From contig NC_133617.1 in assembly GCF_048593235.1 (NCBI RefSeq), forward strand, positions 419,968,958-420,032,957: DNA of 64,000 nt, in the 5' to 3' direction. Each line of letters opens with the position of its first letter. The stretch's first letter is position 1. This document shows positions 1 to 13,420 of this stretch, in pieces. The position numbers and the translations under genes are program-made. Below the pieces are notes generated by a model. It was not told where the DNA came from. It made no database searches and saw only the letters and a list, made by a program, of their open reading frames with translations. The DNA is from Sminthopsis crassicaudata. Lineage: Eukaryota.

Positions 1-215
1 TTCTCTTGTGCAGCAAGATAATCGTATAAATATGTATGCATATATTGTGTTTAACATATATTTTTACCATGTTTAACATATATTGGATTATTTGCCATCT
101 AGGGTAGGCGGTTGGGGAAGGATGAGGAAACTGGAACACAAAGTTTTGCAAGGGTCAATGTTGAAAAATTATTCATGCATATGTTTTGAAAATAAAAAGC
201 TTTAATAAAAATGAC
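1..215 (+). mobile_element. L1 3'UTR fragment (marsupial type)
   Basis: Shares text with other L1 3' ends in the window (e.g. 11370-11580: ttcttgtgcagcaagata...aattattcatgcatatgttttgaaaataaaaag) and ends A-rich. Confidence 0.6.
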
Positions 216-510
216 ACCTTATCAGAGAAACTTGCTTTAAAATTCCTTTTACAATCACTATTGCTAACTGTATCCCCCCCATTTATTCTATTATCTTTCT
301 TCTTTCATCCTTTCACTCTTCACTCAAAAGTGTTTTGCTACTGAACAAAATCAAGTGGGTTTTTTGATCCAAACTGGGATCTTGCAATATAACATTCCAA
401 AAGATATAGGCTTTCAACCAATATCCTTCAGTGCTAAGTATCATCCTGCAGGGGAGAAATTAGACCTAATAAAGTAGAGCATTTCTGATTTGAAACAAAA
501 CAAAACAAAC

Positions 511-680
511 AGGGGACAGCTAGGTGGCGCAGTAGATAGAGCACCAGCCCTGAATTCAGGAGGACCAGAGTTCAAATCTGGTCTCAGACACTTAACATTT
601 CCTAGTTGTGTCCCTGAGCAAGTCACTTAACCCCAGCCTCAGAAAAAAAGGAAAACAAAAAAAACAAACAAACAAAAAAA
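511..680 (+). mobile_element. WSINE1-like tRNA/CORE SINE
   Basis: ggggacagctaggtggcgcagtagatagagcacc...gagttcaaatctggtctcagac...gcaagtcacttaacccc followed by an A-rich tail; A- and B-box-like head. Confidence 0.85.
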
Positions 681-2369
681 GAGTGGAGTAATAACTTTGA
701 AATAAAAACAAGAGTTCACCAAAATCTAGAAAGTCAATTTACTAGAATAATTAGAAGGAGCTGTATGATGATACAGTATTAACATTCTAGTAGAGGGAGA
801 AGAAACAAGGATTTCTTCATGTTTTTGAATAATATTGAGGAAATTAAATGAGAGAAACAGAGGTCAAGGGAGTGGATTAATTCTGTTCTGAGATTTGAAG
901 AAGCAAAAGAGAAGAGAAGATAGATGGAATACAGTAGTGTGGAAAAGAGAAAAAAAAGTCAACAATAATGATAATTAAAAATAGAGGAAACTGGGAACAC
1001 ATACATAGGAGAAAACAAAGTACAGAAAGGAGAACAAATAAACAGAATAGTTTTGAAAGTAACATAGAACTTAATATATATTTCTTTTTTTAAAAGTGTG
1101 AAAATTTTAAAAAGTATAAAATGGAGATTTATAATTATGGAATTTTTTTTGGTATATTTCTGTGTGTATTGAAATCCTCTGTCTGTTCCTTAAGTTTATA
1201 ATTGAAGAAAAGGAAAGAAACAAGATAGAGATTAATCAAAATCATTTGTTATGCTTTGACCATGAGCCAAGCAGCATGCTAAGAAACACCTAATTGTTAA
1301 GAGTGAATTTGTAGTATGAGTTTGGAGCATATGTGTATGTATGTGAAGGGGATAATCCACTCCAGCAGTGGATCCCTTGACCTAAGGAAGATGTAGAACA
1401 AACTGACCAGATAATTGTGGCAGGAAAAAGGCAGGAACCTTTAAGACAACGGGTCCTCCAGCAGTCAACTTACTGGTCCTTTGGATTTCAGTAATAAGCA
1501 TGATCCTGGGCCATGAAGGGATTGCCTTCCCTATAGGAGTCAAAATGAATGATTATCATCTAACAAGCAATGAAATGGGATGAATAATACAGTGAGAGGG
1601 GATAATACCTTTCTTTTCACCTTTATGATTCTGGTATTGAATTTTTTTTTATTTTATTGCTAGAGTAAAGAAATTTAGGAAGCTGAGAATTTATACCTCA
1701 CCAGAAGGGGAGAGGTGTCAGTGGCTGGAGCTTTCTACTATACCTTTCACTTCTGATTTCACTCAGCTGTGGTCCCACTCTCGCTTTGTCACTCCCTCTG
1801 CTAAACATAGATGTCTGGGCTTTCAAGCTAGGGATCAAGAGAAAGTGATTTGTCACAGCCATAAGGGACAGAGAAGAGTGAAAGAAAGAGATTCGGAGAT
1901 AGTGTGGTACCCAAGGAACGGAGGGGGACTTGGAGTCTGCAGCCCTCAGATTGGATTCTGCCTCTCTGGGACTCAGTTTCCTTACCAGTAAAAGTGAAGG
2001 ATTAGGCTAGATAATCTCCAAGGTGCTTTCTAGATCTATTCTTAATTCTGTGATCCTGGTGAATTTTCTCACTTTGCCCTGTGCTGGGTTAACTCAAATG
2101 AAATGTCAGGGATCCATACTATCACCCAGACTAGGCAACACTCCTGAACTATAATGATCAGCAGACTCCAACTTCATTCCCTGTGCTTTGAGTTCCTGAT
2201 CCTGAGTTCTTCCAAACTTTCAGCTTACACTTCTAATGAAACAATCAACAAACATACACTCATCCTATTCAGAGGGGAACAGAAGTGAGAAAAAACAAAT
2301 ATTTCTCCATCCAGATTGATGTGATGTCTAGGAGACTTTTGGAATCTGAAAGAACGGTGAGCCTGAAAT

Positions 2370-2630
2370 GCCATTTTTATATATTTCTATTTTTTCTATT
2401 TTATATATTTGTATACATTTGTATATATTTATGTGTTTATGTTTTATATATTCATACATTTAATATATTTTTGTTTATATATTTTATATTTAAAATTATA
2501 CATATTTATTTATATATATATTTATTATACATTTTATATATTTATATATTTTGTGGTTTTATATATTTATTTTATGTTTTTAATATATACATTTTATATA
2601 TTTTGAAAATATATTTATTGTACAATATTC
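2370..2630. repeat. AT-rich low-complexity (TATATTT-like) tract
   Basis: Almost entirely A/T with degenerate TATATATTT units. The overlapping F/Y/I-rich ORFs are artefacts. Confidence 0.9.
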
Positions 2631-3029
2631 TCTAGTTCTTATGCACCATTTACTGGCTTACTAATACTGGGATAACATAGTAAGTACTTCCTATAGTGTC
2701 CAAGCAGATTTGCTTCTATGGAGCACAGACTCTACTTTGCCAAAGCTGATTAGGTTTTACCACAATATAGCAAGTTCTAAAAAAGAGACTAGTTTTCACA
2801 AATGGAGCTCAGAGCTATATTTCACTTAGACAAAACTACAAATCCACTTTCGCGTAAATTGACCTCATTCCCATAGAGAGAGAGACAGAACTGAGAAATT
2901 CGTCATCGATTTTCTAGAAATTATAGAATATAGTATTTAGTGCTTATGCAAACCTAGTCATGTAAAAGCCAGCATCAATGTAGAACTATCCACTGTCAAC
3001 ACCACCTGGTTGATAGACAGTAAAATGTG

Positions 3030-3140
3030 AATGTGTGTGTATACATGAATGTATATATACATTTGTGTGTGTATATATATATATATATATGTATGTATAT
3101 ATATAAATGTATACATTTACATATAATATATATAAATGAG
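3030..3140. repeat. (TG)/(TA) compound microsatellite
   Basis: gtgtgtgtatatatatatatatatatgtatgtatatatataa. Confidence 0.85.
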
Positions 3141-3229
3141 TTGTTTTTAGAAGATCACTTGGTGATGGGGGCTAAGCCAAATTAATAAATTATGAATTTA
3201 TCAGGAATAATTCTTAAATTTAAATTGTT

Positions 3230-3450
3230 GTTCATGTTTTTCAGTCGTATACAACTTTTCATGTTCCAATTTGAGGTGTTCTTGGCAAAGATGCTGGAAT
3301 GTTTTGCCATTTCCTTCTTCATTTTACAAATGAAAAACTGAGGCAAACAGACTTAAGTGACCTGCCCAGTTCAGTGTCTAAAACCAGATTTGAACTCAAG
3401 ATGAGTCTTCCTGACTCCAGATCTGGCACTCTATCCACTACGCTACTTAG
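3230..3450 (-). mobile_element. MAR1/RTE-tailed CORE SINE
   Basis: tttgccatttccttcttcattttacaaatgaaaaactgaggcaaacag...ctctatccactacgctac; the tRNA head is at the right end in reverse complement. Similar copies lie at ~6830-7020 and ~33440-33665. Confidence 0.65.
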
Positions 3451-3859
3451 GATTCTAAAATTAAATCACACTGGAACAACATGGACTGAAGAAGGCCTAA
3501 ATGCTAAGGTACCTGGGTATGTCCCTATGCACACATGCACAAGGACTTGGGACATAGATTTAGGTGAGGTACTGAAGATACTGCCTTCCCAAAGAGAAAG
3601 AGTTGGAATATCCCAAACTCCAACATCATTATCTTGTAGTTTATCATAAGTTAGCATTCTGAATAGTGATTCTGGTGGGGGAGGAGTAGGAAACATAAGA
3701 TACCAGTTACCATTTTATTGGAGAGCATGTACTTTGCCCTTTACTTAATCTGCTTTTCTATTTCTCAGTGTCAATGTAAACAGATTCTCCTATAGAGAGA
3801 AGGTTAGAGAACTTTCTCCTTTGAAACTAAGGTGGAAAAAGAGATCATAAAAGAGAGGA

Positions 3860-4490
3860 AAGGATGCACAAGTACAAAAATGTTTGTAGCAGCTCTTTTG
3901 TGGTGACAAAGAACTGGAAATTGAGTGGATGCCCATCAATTAAGTAATGTCTGAATTAAGTTGTAATATTTGAATATAATGGAATATTATTGTTCTATAA
4001 GAAATGATGAGCAGGCTGGTTTTGGAAAAGCCTGAAAAGACCTACATGAAAAGATGCTGACTGAAGGGAGCAGAACCAGGAGATCCTTGTTCACAATAAT
4101 AGCAAGATGGTCAACTATGATAGACTTAACTCTTCTCAGCAATACAGTGATTCAAGACAATACCAACAGACTTGGGATGGAAAATGTCATCCATATCCAG
4201 AGAGAACTATGGAGACAATGCAGATTGAAGCATACTATTTTTTTGTTTTGTTTTTGTTTTTTTCTTTTTGTTCTAATTTTTTTCACAACATGATTAATAT
4301 GAAAATATGTTTAAAATGTATACATGTATAGATATAGATTATATATATATATATGTTGTTTGTTGTCTTGGGGAGGGAAGAAATAAAGGAAAGAAGGGAA
4401 AGACTTAGAACTCAAAATCTTACAAGAATGAATATTGAAAACTATCTTTGCATGTAATTGGAAAAACAAAATACTATTGAATTTTTTTTA
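3860..4490 (+). mobile_element. L1 ORF2 end plus 3'UTR fragment
   Basis: aaaatgtttgtagcagctctt...aagaactggaaattgagtggatgcccatcaat (KMFVAAL...WK..GCPS) followed by 3'UTR. Confidence 0.8.
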
Positions 4491-4759
4491 AATTAGGGAA
4501 ACTAAGGTAGAAGCAAAAAAATACAAATTCAGAAGCCATTCAACTTACAAATATACAATCCATAATTAATGCAATGGGCTTGATTAGCCCACAGTTTTTT
4601 GAGCACACATTTCATCATTCCTGTCTGATAGACACTAATTCAAAATCATCTCTTCACTTCAGCATAGTTCTCAAGAATAGTCAGATTTAAATCTGGTACA
4701 GAAGAAAAAGATAAAAACATGGAAAATGAAAATAATAAAAATTGAAGGGGATGTAGGAA

Positions 4760-6170
4760 AATTGGGGTGCCAATGCAGTGTGGGTGAAGTTGTGAACTGA
4801 TCCAGCTATTCTAGAGAATAATTTGGAACTATTCCCTAAGGACTATAAACCTATGCATAGACTTGGATTTAGCAATACCACTTCTGGATCTGGACACCAA
4901 AGAGATTTTAAAAGGTGGGAGAGGACCTATTTGTACAAAAATAGTAACTCTTTTTGTCATAGCAAAGAATTGGAAATTGAATCTATGCCCATGAATTGGG
5001 AGATGGCTGAATAAGTTGTGGTATATGATTGTAATGGAATATTCCTGCATTTTAAGAAATAATGAAGAGGTGAATTTCAGAAAAACCTGGAAAGACTGAT
5101 GTGAAATGAAGTGATCAGAATCAGGAACACTACACCCAGTAACAATATTGTATGATAATCAGCTGTGAATGACTTAGATCTTCTTAGCAATACAATAATC
5201 CAAGATAATTTCTTTTTTCCCCACCTAATAATATTTTCCCAAGACATGTGAAAATAATTTTCAACATCACTTTTATAAGATTTTGAATCACAATTTTTTT
5301 TCTCCCTCCCTTTTTTTCTTTCCCCTCCCCAAGGCAGCAAGCAATCTGATATAGTTGCATATGTACAATCATTTTAAACACATTTCCATATTAGTCATGT
5401 TGTGAAAGAAAAATCAAAACAAAAGGGAAAACCACAAGAAAAACAAATAAACAAAAGTGAAAATAGTATGCTTCAATCCACATTCAGTCTCCATAGTTCC
5501 CTCTCTGAACGTGGATGACATTTTCCATTCCAAAGCTATTGAAATTATCTTGGATTATTGTATTGCTGAAAAGATCTAAGTCTATCATAATTGACCATCA
5601 TACAATGTTGTTTTTACTGTGTACAACATTCTCTTGGTTGTGCTCACTTCACACAAGGTTTTATGTAAGTTCACAAGGTTTATGTAAATCTTTCCAGGCT
5701 TTTCTGAAACTAGCCTGCTCATCATTTCGTATAGAGCAATATTATTCCCTTACATTCATATACCATAACTTATTCAGCCATTCTCCAATTGATGGACATC
5801 CAGATCCAAGACAGTCTCAAAGGATTCACAAAGAAAAATGCTATCCATCCCCTGAGAAAGAACTGATTGAGTCTGAATTCAGATCAAAGCGTACAATTTT
5901 TCACTTTCTATATTTTCTTTATAGTTTTTGGTCCCTTTGGGTCTGTGCCTTCTTTCACAACATGACTAATATAGTAATATATTTTGCATGATTGCACATG
6001 CAGAAACCATATCAAATGACTGACTGTCTCAGGTGGGGGTGGGGAATGAGGAAGGGAGAGAGAAAATTGGGAACTCAAAAAATTTCTTAAGTGAATGTTT
6101 AAAAATTGAACTATTTCTGTATTTTCTTCACTGAGAAAAAGTAAAATATTATTTTTTTAAAAAGAAAGAA
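4760..6170 (+). mobile_element. L1 3' fragment interrupted by an antisense L1 fragment (~5196-5800)
   Basis: The plus-strand L1 text breaks at aatccaagataa (~5177) and resumes at gatccaagacag (~5802). The intervening block is reverse-complement L1 3' sequence. Confidence 0.65.
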
Positions 6171-7449
6171 AAAAAGATGAAGACAAAGAGTCAGGAACAG
6201 TTAAAGTTTCTGATGGTTTCCTATATGGGATTTTCTGCTCCTAGGAATTAAAATTGATCCTTGAAAAATGATTAAAATTTGGAGAAGCAACATCAAGTGG
6301 TGGCAAGGTTATTAGATGTGAAGTTAAGAAATCTGAGGTCAGTTTCCACCTTATTATTGTCTAGCTATGCAACCCTAAAGAAGTCCCATAACTTCCAAGA
6401 GCCTAAATTTCCACAACTGTAAAATAGGAATAATAATATTTATGTTTCCTAGCTCAATATCATTGTGAGGAAAGTGCTTTATAAAACTGTTAAGGGGTAT
6501 AGAAGGTATTCCAAATATCTTAGGGCAGTTTCAATCTATCTTTTTGGACACCTTGCATAAATGTGAACTATTATTATAGACATAGTAGAGCCTAGTGTTA
6601 GAATAGAGAGAATAATGTGACTTGCAGGATAGAACATAAAGAAACCTGCCTGTAGACACTAAGATACTACTACTGTAACTCTAAATTGGTACAACTATTT
6701 TATAAAATAGGAATTTTACAAGTGTAGTACATGGCTGTGGCAGCTCATTGAAAACCACATGCATCCAGAGGTTTTTTCCTAGACTCCTACATCTTTTAGG
6801 TGCCAGGAAAAAACAGGAAAAAAATTTATCATGGAGTTGTTTTTTAGTCATGTCCGATTCTTTGTGACTCCATTTAGGGACTGGCAAAGAGGCTGCAATG
6901 TTTTGCCATTTCCTTCTTCAGGAAACTAAGGCAAACATGGTTAAGTGACTTGCCCAGTTACTAAATGTCTGAGGTCACATTTGAACTCAAGTCTTCCTGT
7001 CCAAGACCAGCACCAGCACCACCCAGATACTAAGATAGCATTAAAGCATTTAACATAAACAGAGCACCTAGGGTCATTCTAATGTTTCCCTCTGAGGGGG
7101 GAAAAGGAAGAGGGGAGAATTTAAAGAGTCACCTACAAGGAAGATGCTAGAGATCGGAGAGAAAAGAGAATGAATAAGGATTCTTCCTAATCTAGGGACC
7201 AATTTGTAATATCATCAGACCACAGGGGTTGCCAATCAAAAAATAGAGTGGTCATTCACCAGCAGGTATATTAGGTATTTGGTTCATTGAGATGATTCTT
7301 ACTTTCATTTATCCTTTGGGTTTATGATACTAAGAAACACTCGACTTAGAGGTATGGGGTCCCTTAGCTCACTGATGGCAGGAAACAGAACAAAAAGAGA
7401 AGATTGGAACTTAAAAAATTCTGAGTAACATAGCAACTGTGATTTACTT

Positions 7450-8860
7450 AAGCTATAAGAAGTTCTTATTTTTTTATTCTGAACTTAATAAGCTTCAAAT
7501 AAGGAATATTTCTATATAAAAAGTACAATAGAAAAAGGATTAAATTTGAAACCACAAGTCTTTATTATATCTAGTTTGCTTCCTTTTTAAGGTATTGATA
7601 AATTTAACTTATTAATTTAAAACTCTCTTGCTTATCAATTTCCTTCTAAACTTCCTTTCTTTCATCTTCTGTGCATTTAAAAAAAAGCCTCAATGATTCT
7701 TTTCTTTCTTTTGATTTCAAAAAATGTCTCAATGATTCTTTTCTTTCTTTTCTTTGCTAGCATCTACCATGATGAAAAGAAAAAGAAAAACACAATTCTT
7801 GTATAAAAATCATAGTCAAATAAAATTTATGTCATATTCTTCACTTTCATATCAGCCCTCTATCAAGAAGTAGGTTGCATGAATCAAAATAAATCATTTA
7901 GAGTCATGGTTGGTCATTATATTGATAGTAGTTTTAAAATCTTAAAATATTATTGTTAACATACATATTGTTCTCTTGGTTCTGCTTACTTCAGTCTGTA
8001 TCAGTTCATGTAATTCTTCCCAGATTTCTCTGAAACCTTTTTGTCATTTCTTCTGAAACAATAATATTCCATTACATTCATATAGCATACTTTTTTAGCC
8101 ATTCCCCCAGTTGATGAGTAGTACCCTGTTTCCAGTTCTTTGCTATAGCAAAAATAGCTGCTATAAATATTTGTGTATGTATGGGTCTTTTTCCTATTTC
8201 TTTGATTTCTTTGGGGTATAGGCCTAGGATTGCTGTGTTTAAAAAATATACACAGTTCAGTGACTTTTTGAGTATCATTCCAAACTGCTTTCCAGAGTGT
8301 TTAGATCAATTTTCAACTCCATCAATTTTTCATTAGGTGGTGCAGTGCATAGAGTACCAGCCCTGAATTCCGAAGGATCCCGAGTTCAAATCTGGTCTCA
8401 GACACTTGACACTTCCTAGCTGTGTGACCCTGGGCAAGTCACTTAACCCCAGCCTCCAAAAAAGAAAAAAAAAAAAAATATATATATATATATATAGGAC
8501 CTCCAATAATTGTCAATTTCTTTCTTTCTTTTTTACATCTTTGCCAGTCTAAAAGATGGGAGGTAAATCCTCAGAGTTGTTTTAAATGTTCATTTCTCTA
8601 ATTATTGATGACTCAGAGCATTTTTTCATCTGGCTGTTGATAGTCTGAATTTCCTTTGAAAACTTCATATTGTTTGATAATTTCTCTGTTAGAGAATGGC
8701 TTTTGCTTTTATAAATCTGAACCATTTCTTTTTATATCTTTATTATGAGATCTTTATTAGAGAAACTTGATGCAGTTTTTTTCCAGTTAACTGTTTTTCC
8801 CCCTAATTTTAATTGCATTGTGTTAGTACAATTATAATTATAGATAATAAAAAGTCTTAT
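7450..8860 (-). mobile_element. Old L1 fragment with a nested WSINE1 (+, ~8333-8480)
   Basis: The minus ORF 8078-8278 reads [35 protein letters not shown] (L1 ORF2 C-terminus). A SINE core and A-tail sit inside it. Confidence 0.75.
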
Positions 8861-9054
8861 TTTCTTATTTTTGTCTTCTTATGATTCTTTATAAACCTTG
8901 TATTGTGATAAACTTTTCTCCTTTTAACAATAGGAATAGTATTTTCTTCCTTACTCCTCCAATTTACTTGTGAAGTGACCTTTTTTTCTCTGGAAATATG
9001 GAAATAACTGTGTGTAACACTAGGAGTCACTTTTTCACTAAATATATACATATG

Positions 9055-9075
9055 CATATGTGTATGTATATATAT

Positions 9076-9117
<42 letters not shown>

Positions 9118-9165
9118 ACACACACACACACATACATATATTCCCACACATATACTTATACACAC
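9055..9165. repeat. (CA)n / (TA)n microsatellite
   Basis: tacacacacacacacacacacacacacacatacacacacacacacacac. Confidence 0.95.
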
Positions 9166-10869
9166 ACTATGGGGAGAAAGGAAGTAGATAATAAAGGGAG
9201 TGAAGGAGAGAAAAAGAGAGAGGCAAAAATAGGAGAAAAAAAGGGACAGGGAGAGAGAAAAGAGTTCAGATTGGGGAGTAAAAAAAAGGAAGACCTGGAA
9301 GAAAATCTTTTCTAAGCTCTACCTAGCTTCTTCCCAAAGTCTCCTCAGTGCCACTGATGAGTGGACCAGTCCCCCAAGCCACAACAACAATGAAAATTAA
9401 TGTCTTGGGAAGTGAATGATCCCAAACTCCCACTTAAAATTCTGCTTTGGGGAGATTATTACTACTAATGAAAGAAATGAATATGGGGTTGGGGTTCCAA
9501 GTCAGCTAAGGAGGAAAAATTACCCAGTACTTGTCTTTCTGTGACTAAAATTAGCTTTCCCTCCTCTGCTATATACTCATTCTAAGAACAAAGGAACCCA
9601 AGGAAATGCACACGCCTGGGTCAACCACAAATATTTATGAAAAAAATAAAACTAGGGCAGTAAAGATATAAATTAATAAAAGAGAAAAACTGAGTTGATT
9701 CCAGCAGTTTTATGCCTTGCAGCTTCTCCTGATGCCTTTCACTTTTTGTTTTTGCTGACTTGGTTGAAGAAAATACAGTTTCTTGGTATTGCTGCTATTA
9801 AAAACTTTTCTCAGCTACTTTTCAACTGATGTATTTTGGGGAAGAAGCCTCTCTTCTCTTGGTCTTTCCTTCTTTCCCCAGGACTCTACTAGACCTGACT
9901 CCTCTCAAAACCTTACCTTGAGAAATGAACAAAAACTCAAAATCCATGAATTCTCTGCATGTCTAGGTTATATTTCCTGTCTAAAGAGATGTTACAGAGA
10001 TATATGGTGTGAGATCTAGATCTAAATTTGTGGTGTAGTATATAGAGCAGGAAGCTCTTGCCTCGGACACTTTAGTGACCCCGAATAAGTCATTTAACTC
10101 ATTTACCTCGGTTTTCCTCATCTGTAAAATGACCTTTCATTACACCTTCACAATTTACCTTTCAAAGGTGGAATTGATTTTATTTGTAATTAATCCTTTC
10201 TTTAATCTATTCTACTTTTTAGTCCTCTTCTCCTTACTTCCAGTTTCTGCCTGATTCCCCTTTAATTTAGCATAATTTGAATTTACCTGTGCATTCAGCC
10301 CTCCTTTCTACAGTTTAGATGAAAGTAAGATTCATGTGTAGCCAGAATTTCTTACCTTCTTCCATGTTTGCATTCTTCTTATCCCAATTATGCAAAATAG
10401 TAAATTCTACCCCTTCCTTCCACTTTTTCCCTAATGTATTCTTTTTTCCTTTCCTTTCTTTTTTCTCTTAAGATCATCATAGTACAATAAAACAACACAG
10501 ACCATCTGCTTTATTACTCCTTCCATGACTCCTGAAAGTTTTGTTTCTGCTCCTTAGAATGTGAACATTGTATCATCACTCTTTGAATTGCTCAGATGCA
10601 TTTACCTTCCATATTTTTGATGACTCCTAAGTATTTACTTAGCTTTGTTCTCATCAGCAAGAATACCTAGAAGAGGCTATCTCTCAATAGCCATTTTAAA
10701 AAATGCTCCTAATCACTGATAGCTATCAAGATGCAAATTAAAGCAACTCTGAAATTCTATCTAATACCAATGAGATTGGCAATGATGACAAAAGAAAAAA
10801 AATTGCAAATATTGGAGAGATCACTAGAAAATAGCTACACTAATGTGGGAAGTTGTTCAAAATGGAACT

Positions 10870-13420
10870 GAATCAGAGGCAGTTGGAGATATGAGATTAG
10901 AGATCAGCAGAGAGTGGAACACAGATAAATTTTAAAATCACCAGCATAAAAATTGAAATTAAATCCATGGAAACTGAGGAAATGACCAAATGAAATGGTC
11001 TATAGGAGAAGAAGGCCCTGGACAGAATCCTGAGGGATTCCATGGTCAGAAGGAATGTCTGGAGGAAGATCTAGCAAAAGAGGCAGAGGAGAAGTGGTCA
11101 AATAGAAGGAAAACATGGAATATCAGGGAGGAGAAGGTGATCAGCAGTATCAAAAGGCTGCAAAGAAGTCAAGGAAAATGATGATTTTAAAAAAGGTTAT
11201 TCGTGGCTTTTTCCAACAATGAAATGATTGATGCCAGTTTCATGATCTTGTGATAAAGAGAGCCATCTATACCCAGAGAAGTCTGTGGGGACTGAGTGTG
11301 GATCACAACATAGCATTCTCACTTTTTTTGTTGTGGTTCGCTTGGATTTTCTTTCTCAGTTTTATATCTGATTTTTCTTGTGCAGCAAGATACTTGTATA
11401 AATATGTATGCCTATTTTACATATATTTTTACCATGTTTAACATAATCCAACATATTTTGGCCATTCAGGCCCTCCAGGGGTGAGGAGAAGGAAGGAAAA
11501 ATTGGAGCACAAGGTTTTTCAAGGGTCAGTGTTGAAAAAATTATCCTTGTGTATGTTTTGAAAATAAAAAAACTTCAATAAGAAAGAAAAAAGGAAAAAA
11601 AGTCATTGAATCTGGCAAATAAGAAAACATTAGTAAGGTTCAGTTAAGTAGTTTCAGTGGAATGATAAAGTTGAAAGCAAGAATGTAAGGAGTTAAAAGA
11701 GAGTAAGAAAAGAGAAATTGGAGGCTTGTCATAGACGGATTTTAGTTATAAAAGATAGAGATATAGAACAATATATATAGTTAACAGAGATGGAAGGATC
11801 AAGTGAGGTATTTTCTTTCTAGAACAGAGCAGACATGGATGTTTGTGGGCATTATAAAATGAAAATAAAAAGGAAGAGATTGAAAATGAGTGAGAGGGAA
11901 AAATTAAATAGTGAAGTGGATAAAGGATTTTCCTTGAAGTCAGGAGGACTTGAGTTCAAATCTGACCTCGGACCCTTAATGCTTACTAGTTGTGTGATCC
12001 TGGACAAGTCACTTAACCTCAATTGTCTCACCAAATTTTTTTTTTAAAGCAAGAATGGGATGACAGAAATTTTTTGAAGAAGAGATGGCATGGGATCGTA
12101 TGAAAAATTTCATTGTGTGAAACAGAGAGTGAAGGAAGAGTGAGTGAGAGGAGATGAGGAAGAGGGGAGAAGAGGGAATTCAAAATAAATGGCCTCTTTT
12201 CTATAAAATATGAGATAAGGCTCTCAGCCAAAAGTGGGGGGCGGAGGAGAGAAGGAGCCATGATGTGACATCTGAGGAAGATTTAGAAGAATTGATGTGA
12301 AGAGTGAGGGAAGTGTCTAGTAGGATTGCCTAGCAGTAGTGAGAGCCTAGTTGAGGAATGTAACATAAATTAATAGTGATAGTGATAGAATTAATAGTCA
12401 AAACAGTTGCATTATTTTCTCCACCTTCTTTTATATATATATATATATATATGTGAAAGTGGGAGGAATCCAAGACTGAGGCTTAACTGGACATAATCAG
12501 CATTGTGACAAAGGAATGAGGGATTCAAGAGAAAACAGTATTGGCATGAATTAACTTTCCAAGGGGTAAAGATAGGAAAGATTAGAAAGAGGTTAGGACA
12601 AGGGAAATAACCTGGCAGAGAATCTCAATGTCAAGGGATTGGAAATCATAATGAAGATGGAGAATAAGGTTATAGAAGGAATAGCAGAGGGAGAAGTGAG
12701 AAGGTCAGATAAGGGGATCTCAGCATTCTTTTGCTTTGAGATGGTACATTCCTGGGTGGTGACAAGATTGGAAGACTAGCTCAATAGGTTGAGGAACTGA
12801 GTGGTTAGAATGTTTGAAGGAGAATCAATATATATGTCGAAATCCCCTAATATGAGGTCAGGAGTTGGGAAGGAAAGAAAAATTGTGAGCCAGATATCAA
12901 ACTCATTGAGGAAGGAAGAAGAATAACCTGGGGGTCTGTACATAACAGCTACCAGGATTTTCATTGGGTGATAGCTATTAATAGCATGAATCTTAAAAGA
13001 AGAGAGGTTACTGAGTGAAGGAGGAAGAGGAGTAAGGAGAACTTGGAAGTAGAGATGGGAAGCAAGGAGTACTCTTATTCCCCTGCCTTGACTAGTGAGC
13101 CAAGGAAAATGAGTGAAGATGCAGCCAGGACTGGAAAGGGTGTCCAGGGAGGCTATGGAAAACCAGGTTTCAGTAAGAACTAGTAGATGAAAGGAGTGGG
13201 AGAGGAACAGATTTAAAATAAAGGGAATTTTTTTGCCTATGGAACAGGACATTCTAGAGGGCATAGTAGATGGGCTGGGTGAAATTAGCTTAAAGTTTTG
13301 GAGTTGAGGGGGATGGGAATGAGGAAACAGGTAGCAGGAGGTGTGGAATAGGGTTTGGATGGTGCTAAACAGTTCAGAATCATTGAAGAGTATGACCAAG
13401 GTATGAGAATGGTCATCACT
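10870..13420 (-). mobile_element. L2 LINE remnant including an APE endonuclease region, with an L1 3' fragment (~11200-11600, +) and a SINE (~11920-12050) inserted
   Basis: The minus ORF 12776-13399 contains LVLTETW, VAVMYRPPG and LILGDFDI (APE endonuclease motifs). The GA-rich plus strand is typical of antisense L2. Confidence 0.8.

Noticed and set aside
2285-2635. 116-aa hydrophobic ORF that looks like a membrane protein
   Set aside because: It is mostly a translation of the AT-rich low-complexity tract.
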